Below are positions 52,231 to 64,000 of a DNA stretch of 64,000 nucleotides, in pieces. Each line of letters starts with the position of its first letter. The stretch's first letter is position 1. This stretch comes from Eledone cirrhosa (lineage: Eukaryota), in NCBI GenBank assembly GCA_964016885.1, contig OZ024743.1, forward strand, positions 8,370,001 through 8,434,000, read 5' to 3'. Under the pieces are notes generated by a model. It searched no databases and was not told the DNA's origin. It worked only from the letters and a program-made list of their open reading frames with translations. The translations under genes and the position numbers were made by a program.

Positions 52231-52398
52231 TAGTGCTGGTATCACAGTAAAATACCTCCAGTACACACTGTAAAGTAGTAGTGCTGGTGTTATGATAAAA
52301 TGCCTGCAGTACACACTGTAAAGTAGTAGTGCTGGTATCACCATAAAATGCCCCAGTACACACTGTAAAGTAGTAGTGCTGGTGTTATGATAAAATGC
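52231..52398. repeat. About 48-bp tandem x3.5 related to the RTE/SINE 3' UTR subrepeat
   Basis: TAGTGCTGGTGTTATGATAAAATGCCTGCAGTACACACTGTAAAGTAG. Confidence 0.85.
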
Positions 52399-52689
52399 AA
52401 GATATATGATAGCCCCTTTAGGGCAGTGTCACAATGGATGGTTGGTGAACAGACTGAGACATAACGTACAGAGGATGCCTTAGCCCTATTGAGTACCTTA
52501 CAACTTCTCTAGTGTTGGTGCCAACATGAAGAAATATTGATGAGTTTTCAGTTATTGATATGTAGTTAATATTTTCTTTGAAATTTAGTGGATTAGATAG
52601 TGAGTTTGCATATTATTGCATAATATTGGCAGTTTACTCTAGTAACACTAACTCTCTAAATACTTATCTTATTTGTTTCAATGTTGTAG

Positions 52690-52750
52690 GATTCCATCTG
52701 GCAAAGTGGTTATCATTTGGACAGTTACAACAAGTTTAAAAAGATTGCAG
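52690..52750 (+). CDS. WDR97: WDR97-like exon 18 (DSIWQSGY...KKIA)
   Basis: TTGTAG acceptor, GTAAAT donor, phase 0/1. Confidence 0.7.
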
Positions 52751-53049
52751 GTAAATTGATGATTCTTCAATCAGTTTCATAATTCAATGTTATTAATTTT
52801 ATATTGAAGAAAGTCTATGCAGTGGATTTTATATTTATTTCATATTCTTTCTTCACACCATCATAAACTCAGTCCTGATAAATACTACACAATAGACATA
52901 AGTACTTAGATCAATGTTATCCAACTGTATTTTGTAAAAGAAACATATCTCTCTTTCATTGCATAATTGATTAAAAAACAGGAAAGATAACTCATATGCA
53001 ACAACAATGATCATGACACTGACAGCGATGATGACGGTGACAATTATGA

Positions 53050-53730
53050 CAGTGACAATAAGTGTTTTAAGGCCATCTTCCCTGCTAAAGCCTTGTGGAT
53101 CTCATGACAAGCTACTCTATTTTTACCTTGATGTCTGTACCCCAGCTCACCAATGCTCTTGCTTTCATTTCCTCCTCCATATTTTTAACTGTCATTCTTG
53201 GTCTTCTGTTTCTTTCCACATTCATTTCCACTACTCCTCTCACCCAGTCACTTTCACCCTTCTTCAGCTCATGACCCAACCATTACTTTCCATTTCTCTT
53301 CCTAACAGCCATCATTGCTTCTATTCCCACTGTCTTCTGTAATTCATTGTTTGTCTTCCTCTCTCTCCACAATATTACACTTGACATTCTCATTTCTATT
53401 CTCTCTAGCTTTCTCTGTTGCTTTACTTTCATCACCTAAGTCTCGCTAGCATAAATCATGGCACTTCTCACATATGCAGCATACATCTCTCTCTTCAGTT
53501 TCAGCAAACATCTCTCTGCATAAGCACACATTCAGTTCCAGGAACTTCTTCCTTGCACATCTCACTGTAGATACTGTCACAGAGTCTAATCCACCCTCTC
53601 CATTCAACATTTCTCCAAAGTACCCAAATGTCTTCACACCTTCCATCTTCATACCATTGCCAAGATCTAGCTCAACATCCCTTCCATGTGTAGTGCCCTC
53701 CATACACATTTTACAATTAAATGTAACTGC
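53050..53730 (-). mobile_element. Old RTE fragment
   Basis: FGYFGEMLNGEGG..VSTVRCARKKFLEL remnant. Confidence 0.65.
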
Positions 53731-53926
53731 TAAATTATTTAATAATGTCTTCACAATAATGTTACAATAATACAATACAGAGCACATTAATTAAATTTGT
53801 ATGAGAATAAATTGGGTCATTAAGTACGAAATTTGTAGAAAAAAAAACAAATTTCTACAAATTTTTTAAAACATCTATCAACGAACGTGGAAGAAAGAAG
53901 TATCAGTTCATTTACTATACACAATA

Positions 53927-54108
53927 ATATCCTCTATGAGGTCACTAAACCTGCTAGAAACAGCAGCTAACTCTCCCCCATATCACACCACTCCCTACTG
54001 TCTTAAATTTAGAAAACATATCCTCTATGAGGTCACTAAACCTGCTAGAAACAACAGCTAACTCTCCCCCATATCACACCCCTCCCTACTGTCTTAAATT
54101 TAGAAAAC
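53927..54108. repeat. About 91-bp direct tandem duplication
   Basis: ATATCCTCTATGAGGTCACTAAACC...TTAAATTTAGAAAAC twice. Confidence 0.9.
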
Positions 54109-54537
54109 ACACATTAGACAACCATGCAGAACAACTCCATCGCAGCTCTGTTGTTCGGCTGGCATCGTCTACGCGCGTGTTGCGCAAGTACTGTGAAACA
54201 ATAAGTTTGAACACTTCTTTGCACAGAGATAATATCCATAGGCGAAACTACAATTGTCACTGCTGGTGCAGCTCCTGCTTCCAGGTCTGCAATTCATTCA
54301 CCCAGTGCCTGGCAGACAAAAAAGTGCTGCCATAAAATGGGTGGTGCAACCTAACTTTGGTAACTTACTGACCTCGAGCAACGCTGGGCTTTAATGCTAG
54401 TATAATATATATAAAGAGTTAATTATAATATATGCATGTATATATATGTGTGTATGTATATATATATATTTAAAGAGTTAATTATAATATATACATGTAT
54501 CCCCCCCCCTTCTCTCTCTCTCTATCTATATATATAA

Positions 54538-57500
54538 GATAAACCCCACAAGTAATCACATTTGCCAAATTCATGGCTGCCTTCCTTCACGGTATAATGT
54601 AATGTAATGTACACATTTTTCTTGCATTTCTACACTCCACTCAATTCCATAGTCCACCCTCTCCGACAATTCTATAGCATTTTCTCTTCCCCGATTCCAA
54701 TCTTTGCCTCGCTACTCGCTATTCTATCGTATTTCCAAAACAAATCCTCCTGTATTTTTGTCGTATTTTCCAAAACAAATCTTGTATTTTTGTTATTGCT
54801 TGTTAAATACGAGGTTTTTGTCGTATTTTACAAAACAAATCTTGTATTTTTGTTATCGCTTGTTAAATACGAGGATCTTACTTAAACCTTACCTTCTCGA
54901 TAACAACTCAACACCCCTCCCGCCCTCCCCCACGCACCACCATTATTATTACGTGGACCAATCATAAGCCAGAGGCCTATACTATCGCTTACCTGGTTGC
55001 CTTTCGATATGACGGATGGATGGACTACGGAATTCTGGAGAGTTGAAGAGAGAAAAATCTGGACGCTCAGCGACAATGCCAAAGATAAAGACAAATTCAC
55101 CTCATGGACGAGAATGCGAGCACTCCTCTTTGTTTCGGCCGCGGATGGCTAACATAACCCCATCTCCCCCCGCTCCCCACCGCTCCCACCCTCCAAACGC
55201 AATCCAAAACTTCAGAGTTGGTACCATGAATGTAGGCACCTTAAAGGGTCGCTCTAACGAGGTTGTAGAAATGCTTGAACGTAAGGAGGTCGATGTTTGT
55301 TGTATTCAAGAGACCAGGTGGAGGGGTGGGTCTGCTAGATTCATTGTGGGTAAAAAACGATGCTATAAGCTTTTCTGGGTGGGAAATGACAATGGGCTGG
55401 GTGGAGTAGGAATCATGGTAGCAGAAAAGTGGGCAGATAAGATAATAGACATAAATAGAGTGAACGACAGAATAATTAAAATAAGACTTGTCCTCAATAG
55501 AACTACGGTGACAGTAATATCTGCGTACGCACCCCAATCCGGACTGCCCGGCACTATAAAAGACAGATTCTATGAGACACTGATGCTCACTACCTCCCAA
55601 GTAACCGACAGTGACTATATAATTATTGCAGGCGACCTAAATGGTCACGTTGGACAACATTGTGACGGCTACGACGAAATCCATGGAGGCTATGGGTTTG
55701 GTACTAGAAATGAGGAAGGCTCCAGAATCCTGGAATTCTGTGACGCAAATAACCTAACTATCTGTAACACTAACTTCAAAAAACGTGACAATCACCTGAT
55801 CACCTATAGATCGGGGGAACACACAAGCCAGGTAGATTATATCCTTACCAGAAGATGTGACAGAGTGTCTGTTGTAAACACTAAATCCCTCCCCAATGAA
55901 GAATGCACCTCCCAACATAGACTGATAATTAGCGACCTAATAGTCAGGACGAGACGTACTAGACAACAGAAGAGGACTATCCTCAGGAGAAAAATATGGA
56001 AGCTAAAGGACCCCACAGCCAGAAATAAATTTAAAAGCATACTACTTGATTCTTTCGACAGTAAGGAAGGGCAATTAGAGTCGTACAATATAGAGGAGCA
56101 GTGGAAATTCCTGAAAGCAAACCTGCTGATAGCGGCAGACGAAGTCTGTGGCTGGAGCAGGCCTGTAGGCAGGAGGAGAGTAACATGGTGGTGGAACAGT
56201 AAGGTGGAGGGGTCAATTAAGGCCAAAAAGCAGGCTTGGAAAGTATGGCGGGATGGGGGAAGTAGAGAAGACTATCAAGTGGCCAGGAGGGAAGCTAGGA
56301 GACAAGTGTACTTCGCAAGAAGGGAAGCAGAGGAAAGAAAGTTCAAGCATGTTCTACAACGCGAGGACCAAAAACGTGAGGTGTTCAGGATTGCTAGGCA
56401 ATGTGTCAAGGAAAACCATGATATTCTCGGGGAGAAGTGTGTACTTAATGATGACGGCGTACTTGCCATCACCGACGCTGATAAGAAGGTAGCTTGGAAG
56501 TGTCACTATGAAAGGCTACTAAATGAGGAGAATAAATGAGAGAAAGACAGTCTCCCCCACATCGACCCAATAGAGGGACCAGCAGTGTTAGTCGAAGGTA
56601 GTATAATAAGTAAGGCAATCAAAGATATGAAGACGGGTAAGGCGGCTGGGCCTTCGGAAATAGTTGCCGAGATGCTGCAGGCATCTGGTATGGTGGGACA
56701 CACCATGGTCACCCGGATAGTTAACCAAGTCGTACAGAATGGGGTTGTTCCGAAGGACTGGCGTAGCAGCATCATCGTTAACTGTTATAAGGGTAAAAGA
56801 GATGCCCTAGATAGGAGTAACTATAGAGGCATTAAATTAATCAACCAGGTCATGAAGGTCACGGAAAAAGTAATAGCGCAACTAATCAGAGAGAGAATTG
56901 ATCTAGATGAAATGCAGTTCGGGTTTGCGTCAGGCAAAAGTACCACAGACACTCTTTTCATTGTACGACAACTACAGGAGAAGTACCTAGCTAAAAGTAA
57001 ACCCCTATACTTAGCTTTTGTCGACTTGGAGAAAGCCTTCGACAGAGTCCCCCGTTCCATTATCTGGTGGGCTCTTAGAAAACTAGGTGTTGACGAATGG
57101 CTTGTGAGAGCTATACAAGCCATGTATAAAGAAACAGTCAGCAAGGTTAGAATTAACAACGAATATAGTGAAGAGTTTAGCGTAAAAGTTGGCGTCCATC
57201 AGGGCTCTGTTCTCAGCCCCCTACTATTTATTATTGCCCTTCAGGCTATAACAGAGGAGTTCAAGACCGGCTGCCCATGGGAACTCCTATACGCAGACGA
57301 CCTAACACTCATAGCAGAATCAATGGCCGAGCTAGAGAAGAAATTCCAAACATGGAAGCACGGCCTAGAATCAAAAGGCCTTAAAATTAACCTGGCTAAG
57401 ACTAAAGTTCTAGTTTGTAAGAAAGAAAATAAGGCGGCGGTCCCTTCCGGGAAGTGGCCATGCTCGGTGTGTAGGAAAGGCGTAGGTAGAAACTCCATTT

Positions 57501-58637
57501 TGTGTCCCAAATGCAAAGTATGGGTGCATAAAAGATGTAGTGGGATCACAGGTAAGCTAACTAAGAACATAGATTTTACATGTGGCCGGTGCTCTAGTGC
57601 AATAAGTAGCAGCAAGTGCCCACAAAATACTAGCTCTTTCAACTGCGCAGAGGGTTCTATAGAAATAGTGGACAGCTTCCGTTACCTGGGTGACAAAATC
57701 AGCAGTGGGGGAGGGTGCTCTGAAAGTACAGTAGCTAGAGTCAGAACTGGATGGAAAAAGTTCAGAGAGCTTATACCACTATTAGCCGCTAAAGGGTTCT
57801 CCCTAAAAATGAAAGGCAGGTTGTATGATGCCTGCATACGAACAGCAATGTTGCATGGCAGTGAGACCTGGGCATTGTGTGCAGAGGATATACGCAGACT
57901 AGAGAGGAACGAAGCTTGCATGCTCCACTGGATGTGTAATAGTAATATACGTGAACGGCAAAGCATAAACGAACTAAGGAAAAAATTAGAAATAAGAGGG
58001 ATCAGATGTTGTTTACTTGAGAGAAGGCTATGTTGGTATGGTCACGTGATGCGCATGAAAGACGATAGCTGTATAACAAAGTGCAGGGCAATAAAGATAG
58101 ACGGTAGCCACGGAATAGGCAGACCCAGAAAAACCTGGGACGAGCTGATAAATTCCGACCTCACACTTACACCTCTCCAAGACAATGTCACTGGACCGAG
58201 ACCTTTGGCGGTACTCAGTAATAGAGAAGACCCGCCTTACCTAAATACAAAGTAAAACCTACTACAGTCAGTAGGCATCTCTAACAAAATACACCCACGT
58301 CCCACCAGCCCCCACCCCATCCACACCACCCCTTTCAATGTAAAGTTATGTTGGTGCCACAACATCCAGGCCGAAACAAATGAGATCGTGTAGGTGTCAC
58401 GACAAAAAACACACAGTCCACGCTGTAATGTGGCTGTGTAGGCAACACGGTAAAAACCTCCCAGCCCCACACTGTAAATGTGGTTGGTGTTAGGAAGGGC
58501 ATCCAGCTGTAGAAAACCTGCCAGACAGTCCTATGCGAGCAAGACAATCACTCTTGCCTCAAGTAGGAAAACCCCCGTCCAAACCCATGCAAGCGTGGAA
58601 CACGGACGTTAAATGTTGATGATGATGATGATGATGA
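54538..58637 (+). mobile_element. Near full-length RTE-clade LINE (5' UTR, single APE-RT ORF, 3' UTR, (GAT)n tail)
   Basis: APE motifs (GTMNVGTL, CIQET, AGDLNGH, VDYIL, SQHRL) at 55016-56539; RT motifs (NYRGIKL, QFGF, FVDLEKAFD, GVHQGSVLSP, YADD) at 56585-58255 in the same frame; (GAT)n tail at about 58618; 5' boundary approximate. Confidence 0.95.
55016..58255 (+). pseudogene. RTE ORF2 (endonuclease + reverse transcriptase + PHD-like finger) with one nonsense codon and a late frameshift
   Basis: Both ORF-track ORFs are in frame and separated by a single TGA at 56537; 2-nt deletion near 58160 relative to the sibling copy at about 28545. Confidence 0.9.
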
Positions 58638-58649
58638 TATATATGTGTG

Positions 58650-58719
<70 letters not shown>

Positions 58720-58795
58720 AATATAGAGTTAATTATAATATATATGTGTGTGTGTATATATTTATATATATTATTTTTGTCTCCTATATGTTCAG

Positions 58796-58917
58796 AATAT
58801 GAAAAACAATTGGATATGACAGAGAAGGGTGTGAAACCTGGAACATCGCTATTAAGTAAAAAGTCTAAATTATTGACACAAAATAAGAAGCAGTGGCTAT
58901 TAAACAAATATAGAAGG
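58796..58917 (+). CDS. WDR97: WDR97-like exon 19 (EYEKQLDM...KYRR)
   Basis: TGTTCAG acceptor, GTACAT donor, phase 1/0. Confidence 0.7.
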
Positions 58918-60208
58918 GTACATATTTCAATTTTTCTTTTTTAATGTAAAATAGTTGTTTTATCCTTTAGCATTCAAACCGGCCATATCCAGCCAGAATT
59001 CTCTCACCTCTTTCTGTTCAAACTGGCCATAACCAGCCACACATACTTATGTTAAGATATTGTTCTCAAAATAAATAATATCAAAATCTCATAGATTCGA
59101 TATTATGTGAGACAATTATGTGAGATAAAGTCTTTACCATGAAAATATATTAGTAAATATAGGGTAATGTAAATGCTAAAGGGTTAAACCCAGTTAGAGG
59201 CAATGAAATTAATTATAATTATATAAATATATTTTTGTAGGACACAACAGAGTGGAAGAAAGCTTCAGAGGAGCTGAGTCTATGTTAAAGCTTTGTAGCA
59301 TTTCACCTTATTATGTCAGCAATTTCCAATTATAGTATCTAAGAAGTGAAGACTTCTAGTGTCCTTGAATCTAGGGCCACATCCCTACTCACCACCATCA
59401 GCACAGAGTTGGTTACCTGCAGGTGTGAGCCTCTTGAGCCATAATGGCACTTCCAACGCATCTCCCTAACCATCCTCTGAGGAAAGGCCTTCTCTATTCT
59501 GTCCACTGGGGCTGCAAACAGTCAGCACATGGGCCCCTCCATTTGCTCGTAATAGTGAGAGATGGGGAGAGTGGGAGAAACAGAGGTGGTGGCAGTGGGA
59601 GATTGGTTCATTTGTGATCGGACCGGGGATATATGTATATGTTTCACAGACACACACACTTTCAATAACATATATGACATTACACATGATTCAGACCCTA
59701 GTAGCTAAGCCCCAGAGGGATACATATCACTAGGCAGTCCCATCCTTGACATATTAACTACATGAAAGCCAAAATGTTAATTATTCTTGATCATGTAACC
59801 CATTCACCTCTTCAGTGCCATAGACAAGATAACTCATCCTAACATGTATGCATTCCAATGCCACAGATGAGATAACTTGTCCTAACATGTTTGAACACTT
59901 TTCCAATAGTTTACAACTTCAAAGCTAGATGGGGTTTTCTAGTTTATTGATGTGACATTTGTCAATCATTCAGATGTGTTGTTAATAAATGTTTGTATAA
60001 AAAAAATAGTCATTTTACTAAAAAAAAAGATGGCACAGCAACTGTAGCTGTGTAAAATGTATGTGGCAGTCAATAGGTTAATGTGTGCAAGATATTTTCA
60101 TATTTGATATATTCCATAAGGATCATATTTGTTTTTTTTATAATAATTTTTCATTTCAAACGAAATGCTTTATGTGTCATTAGTTTTGATGACTGTTTTG
60201 TTTTGCAG

Positions 60209-60532
60209 ATAACTCAACCAGCACTATACTCTGAGGAAGAAATGTCAAATGCTTCTGAAAAGTTTTCTGATGTCCCATACCTTCAAGATCAGGAATTTAA
60301 GCAAATAAAGAGAACAACCCTGACAAGACCTCCAAAACCAACACTAGCTCAACTTTTATGTGGTATTATAAAGACACCGGGCAAAAAACAGCTAGACAGA
60401 TTACCTTCATCATGTAGTACCATGTCATTAATAGAATTAATAGTTGAAAAACAAATACCAGAATTTCAACAAGATATAAATAATATCATGTTAAATCATT
60501 GGTTCAAGAAGCGTTTTACTGAAAATCTAGAG
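60209..60532 (+). CDS. WDR97: WDR97-like exon 20 (ITQPALYS...NHWFKKRFTENLE); no stop reached, gene continues downstream
   Basis: TTTTGCAG acceptor, GTAAAC donor, 108 open codons, phase 0/0. Confidence 0.8.
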
Positions 60533-60639
60533 GTAAACAATTTAGAAATAAGAAATATACATATATATATATAAAGTCTGCGGTGTTGATACTGGAGAAA
60601 TCTCAAATCAGGGAAGTACTCTATACATGGGGAGAAGAC

Positions 60640-63120
60640 ATCATCATCTTCTTTATATCCATTTTTCCATGTTTGTATTGGTTGGATGGGTGCCTTTCAA
60701 CAGAGCATCTCTCCACTTGCCATATTTCTTTGTCATCTCCTCTTTGAGTCTCAGCTCACACACCACTGCCCAGATCTTTCTTGGTCTACCTCTACTGTGG
60801 CTTCCATCCACTGGCATTTCCTGGCACCTCTTTGCCCAGCAATCATCATTTGTGCACATCACATGTCTGTAACAATGCAGTCTTCTCTCCTGCACATCAC
60901 CTCAGATTCCTCTTAAACCCAGCTTCTCCCGCAACTCATACAAAGTCTGCCTTTCTTTCCTTTCACACTTACATTGCACATCCATTGAAGCATGGTTGCT
61001 TCATTTCTCTCCAGTCTTCACATCACCTCTGCAGTCACAGTTCATGTTTCACTACCATGCAGCGTTGCACTCTGCACATAGGCATCAATTTGTATGTAGG
61101 GAGAAATCTTTTGTGGTCAACAGTAAGAGCAGCTCTCTAAGCTTTTTCCATCATCTCCTTATTGTATCTATTATGCTCTTGGAGCACCCTCCTCTATTGC
61201 TAATTATGTCACATAGACGTGAAATTTGGTAATGAATACCCAAAATTGGGAGATCACTCAATCTGTGGAATGAGTACAAAGATATCTATTACAATAACTC
61301 TGTTGTATTTAGGTACAATTCTTTCTTTGACTGCCTGTGACAAGCCCCAAATTATCTGCTGAGGGGTGTGGTGTAGGGATGTGGGTGAGGGTGGGGTGTT
61401 AGGACATGGGAGGTGTGCGGAAAGGGGAAAGTTAGGGGAAAGTAGAGCATACTAGATGTAGGCTTCAACCTGTGCACATGGGAAGATGAGTCTTCTGTAT
61501 CACTGCATAATGCCAGAGATATCGATCTTGTATCATCGCCTTTGAAAGGTGCACTTGTGCAAGGTCAGCTTTTATCACCTCATCCCAAGTCTTCCTAGGT
61601 CTTTATACTCCATAACTTCCATCAATTTTGAGCACCCTGCACCTTTTTTTATACAGCTGTCACCCTTCATACATATCACATGTCCATACCAATGCAATCT
61701 CCTCTCCTGCACACTGCATCTGATCCCTTTTATACCCAGTCTCTCTTTCAGTTTTGCCATTCATGTAGACTATTATACATCCATTGAAGCATATGAGCTT
61801 CATTTCTTTCCGATTTCTGCAGGTACTCTGCACACAGCACCCAAGCCTCATTACCATGCAACATTGCTGTTCGTATACATGCATCATACAATCTGCCCTT
61901 CATTTTGAGGAAAAAAACCTTTTGTAGGTAGCTAGCATTGGTCATAACACCCTGAACTTTCCCCATCCCATCCTCATTCTGACTATTGTACTTTCAGAAC
62001 ATCCACCTCCACAGCTAATTTCGTCATATATGTATACACATATGTATATGTATATATATATGAAAGCATATACAATATGTTTATGTATAATAAACATACA
62101 TAAGTCTTGTTATGAGTAAATTTAAGTTATGATAATTTTGCAACTACCTCCAGAGTAGGGTGAGAACACCAAACATTAGTGTTTCAGGGTTTTTATCCAT
62201 CTTCATTGATCTTTACTCATTCAGTACTAAACCAGAATAAGCTATAGCTTATATAGATTTTGCGGATGATATATTTAAAGAGATGCTCATTTGCATATAC
62301 TGCAGGTTTGGTGGTGGGGATTATGACGTGCTTGTGGATTGACAGAACCGAAGTTGTCCCCAGTTGTGTGGACAGTGAGCATGAGAAGTTGTGTGTGATT
62401 TTTGGATAGTTGAGAGGTTTCTATAACTAGATATCCTTCCCATTACCAACCACTTTACAGGGCACTAGAGAGGTTGTTGAGTCATGACTGAAGTATTCTA
62501 TCAACTCTTTTTCGCATAGTTTTTATAACTAGAAGCCTTTCCTAACACCAACTGCGTTATGGATTGAGATGTCTGCATTTATTGTAGCACTAACACTGCA
62601 AATGAATGACAAAGGTACATGATGTAAAGTTTATTCATACATTTGTTTCAACTAAGATTTGGATCACTACTTGCATTTTACAATCTTCAATCATCTTCAT
62701 CATTATCATCATCATCATCATCATCAACATCATTGTCGTCCATCTTCCATGCTAGTATGGGTTAGACAGAATTGTCCCATTTAGAGGCAAGTTGGGTCAG
62801 ATGACCGCATCTTGCTCATACAGAGGACTATTTCTGGCTGGTTTTCTACAGCTGGATGCCCTTCCTAGCGCCAACCACATTTACTGTGTGTGCTGGGTGC
62901 TTTTTGGCATGTCTTTTACACGACCACTTTATAGTGTAGGCTGGATGTTTACGTCCATTTTCCATCCTAGCATGGGTTAGACGGGTTGTCCTGTTGTGGG
63001 TAATGCTAGGACAGGTGACCATGTCTTGCTGATACAGGGCTAATACAGGGCTGATTCTGGCTTGGTTTCTACAGCTGCATGTTCTTCCTAATGCCAACCT
63101 CATTTACAGTGAGTACTGGG
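60640..63120 (-). mobile_element. Several decayed RTE 3' fragments (60640-61220, 61440-62020, 62700-63120)
   Basis: ERRLHWYGHV, MKGRLYDACIRTAMLHG and 3' UTR motifs. Confidence 0.8.
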
Positions 63121-63479
63121 TGCTAATATTTCAAATATCTTAGCAATATCACCATCATCATTATCATTGTAGCCTCATGATGATCATCGTCATCATCATT
63201 AACATACTTGTAATAGTTGTTTCTACGTTTGGCACAAGGCCAGCAATTACCCAGTACATTACTGGTACTTTATTTTATCGACCCCGTAAGGATGAAAGGC
63301 AAAGCTAACCTCAGCAGGATTTGAACTCAGAACATAACTCTATGCTACAGAGCGTGTTGTCTGATGCTCTACCGATTCTGTGAAACTTCAGCTTTCTCAG
63401 TCAGTGACTACAGCTAGCCACTATCAGCATCAACACAATGGAAGCACATGCATTGTTGTGACATTCCAATCCTCACTTT

Positions 63480-64000
63480 GATATCACCACCATCACTATG
63501 ATATCACCAACCCCATTGTGGGATCGCTATAGACTGTGTGACATCACCATTATCACTATGACATGACAATTGCCATTGTGACATCCTAATTACCACAATC
63601 TTATCACAGTTATCATTATGACATTATCACTGAGACACCACCATTTCTATGATATCACCATCTTCATTGTATGATCACTATAGGTAGTGTGATATCACCA
63701 TTATCACTGAGACATCACCACCATTTCTATGATATCACCATCTTCATTGTATGATCACTATAGGTAGTGTGATATCACCATTATCACTGAGACATCACCA
63801 CCATTTCTATGATATCACCACCCTCATTGTATGATCACTATAGGTAGTGTGATATCACCATTATCACTGAGACATCACCACCATTTCTATGATATCACCA
63901 TCTTCATTGTATGATCACTACAGGTAGTGTGATATCACCATTATCACTGAGACATCACCACCATTTCTATGATATCACCATCTTCATTGTATGATCACTA
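63480..64000. repeat. 80-bp tandem repeat built from four 20-bp monomers, running off the window end
   Basis: GATATCACCATCTTCATTGT/ATGATCACTATAGGTAGTGT/GATATCACCATTATCACTGA/GACATCACCACCATTTCTAT. Confidence 0.95.

Noticed and set aside
54900-55150. HDV-like ribozyme in the RTE 5' UTR
   Set aside because: Known from some RTEs, but I could not build the nested double pseudoknot by eye.
56537-56539. Programmed readthrough or selenocysteine at the RTE TGA
   Set aside because: A TGG-to-TGA point mutation is simpler, since an older copy encodes W here. No evidence for recoding.
59241-59422. Candidate extra exon (TTTTTGTAG acceptor, GTGTGA donor)
   Set aside because: Stops in all three frames, and exons 19 and 20 already join in phase. 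It could only be a poison or terminal exon, with no support for that.

Overview
This is eukaryotic, AT-rich, repeat-dense DNA. The SINE, RTE and microsatellite inventory looks like an octopus (coleoid cephalopod) genome, which is an inference from family resemblance. The backbone is one long + strand intron-rich gene that the ORF track largely misses. I reconstructed 20 GT-AG exons from 2067 to 60532 with consistent phases (978 codons, 3' end beyond the last exon found). They encode a multi-WD40 protein resembling WDR97/KIAA1875. The introns hold many RTE-clade LINE fragments and one near-intact RTE (APE + RT with an inserted PHD-type zinc finger). They also hold CR1-type LINE fragments, tRNA-derived SINEs, piggyBac/mariner/hAT MITEs and several minisatellites. 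The most notable unexplained structure is a set of short inverted-repeat islands in (TA)n tracts carrying Type I hammerhead-ribozyme motifs of the minimal Penelope-like-element kind. In two of these the sense ribozyme is preceded by its own near-perfect antisense copy. A 2.6-kb 48-bp satellite matches a subrepeat of the RTE 3' UTR; its long ORFs are repeat artefacts.
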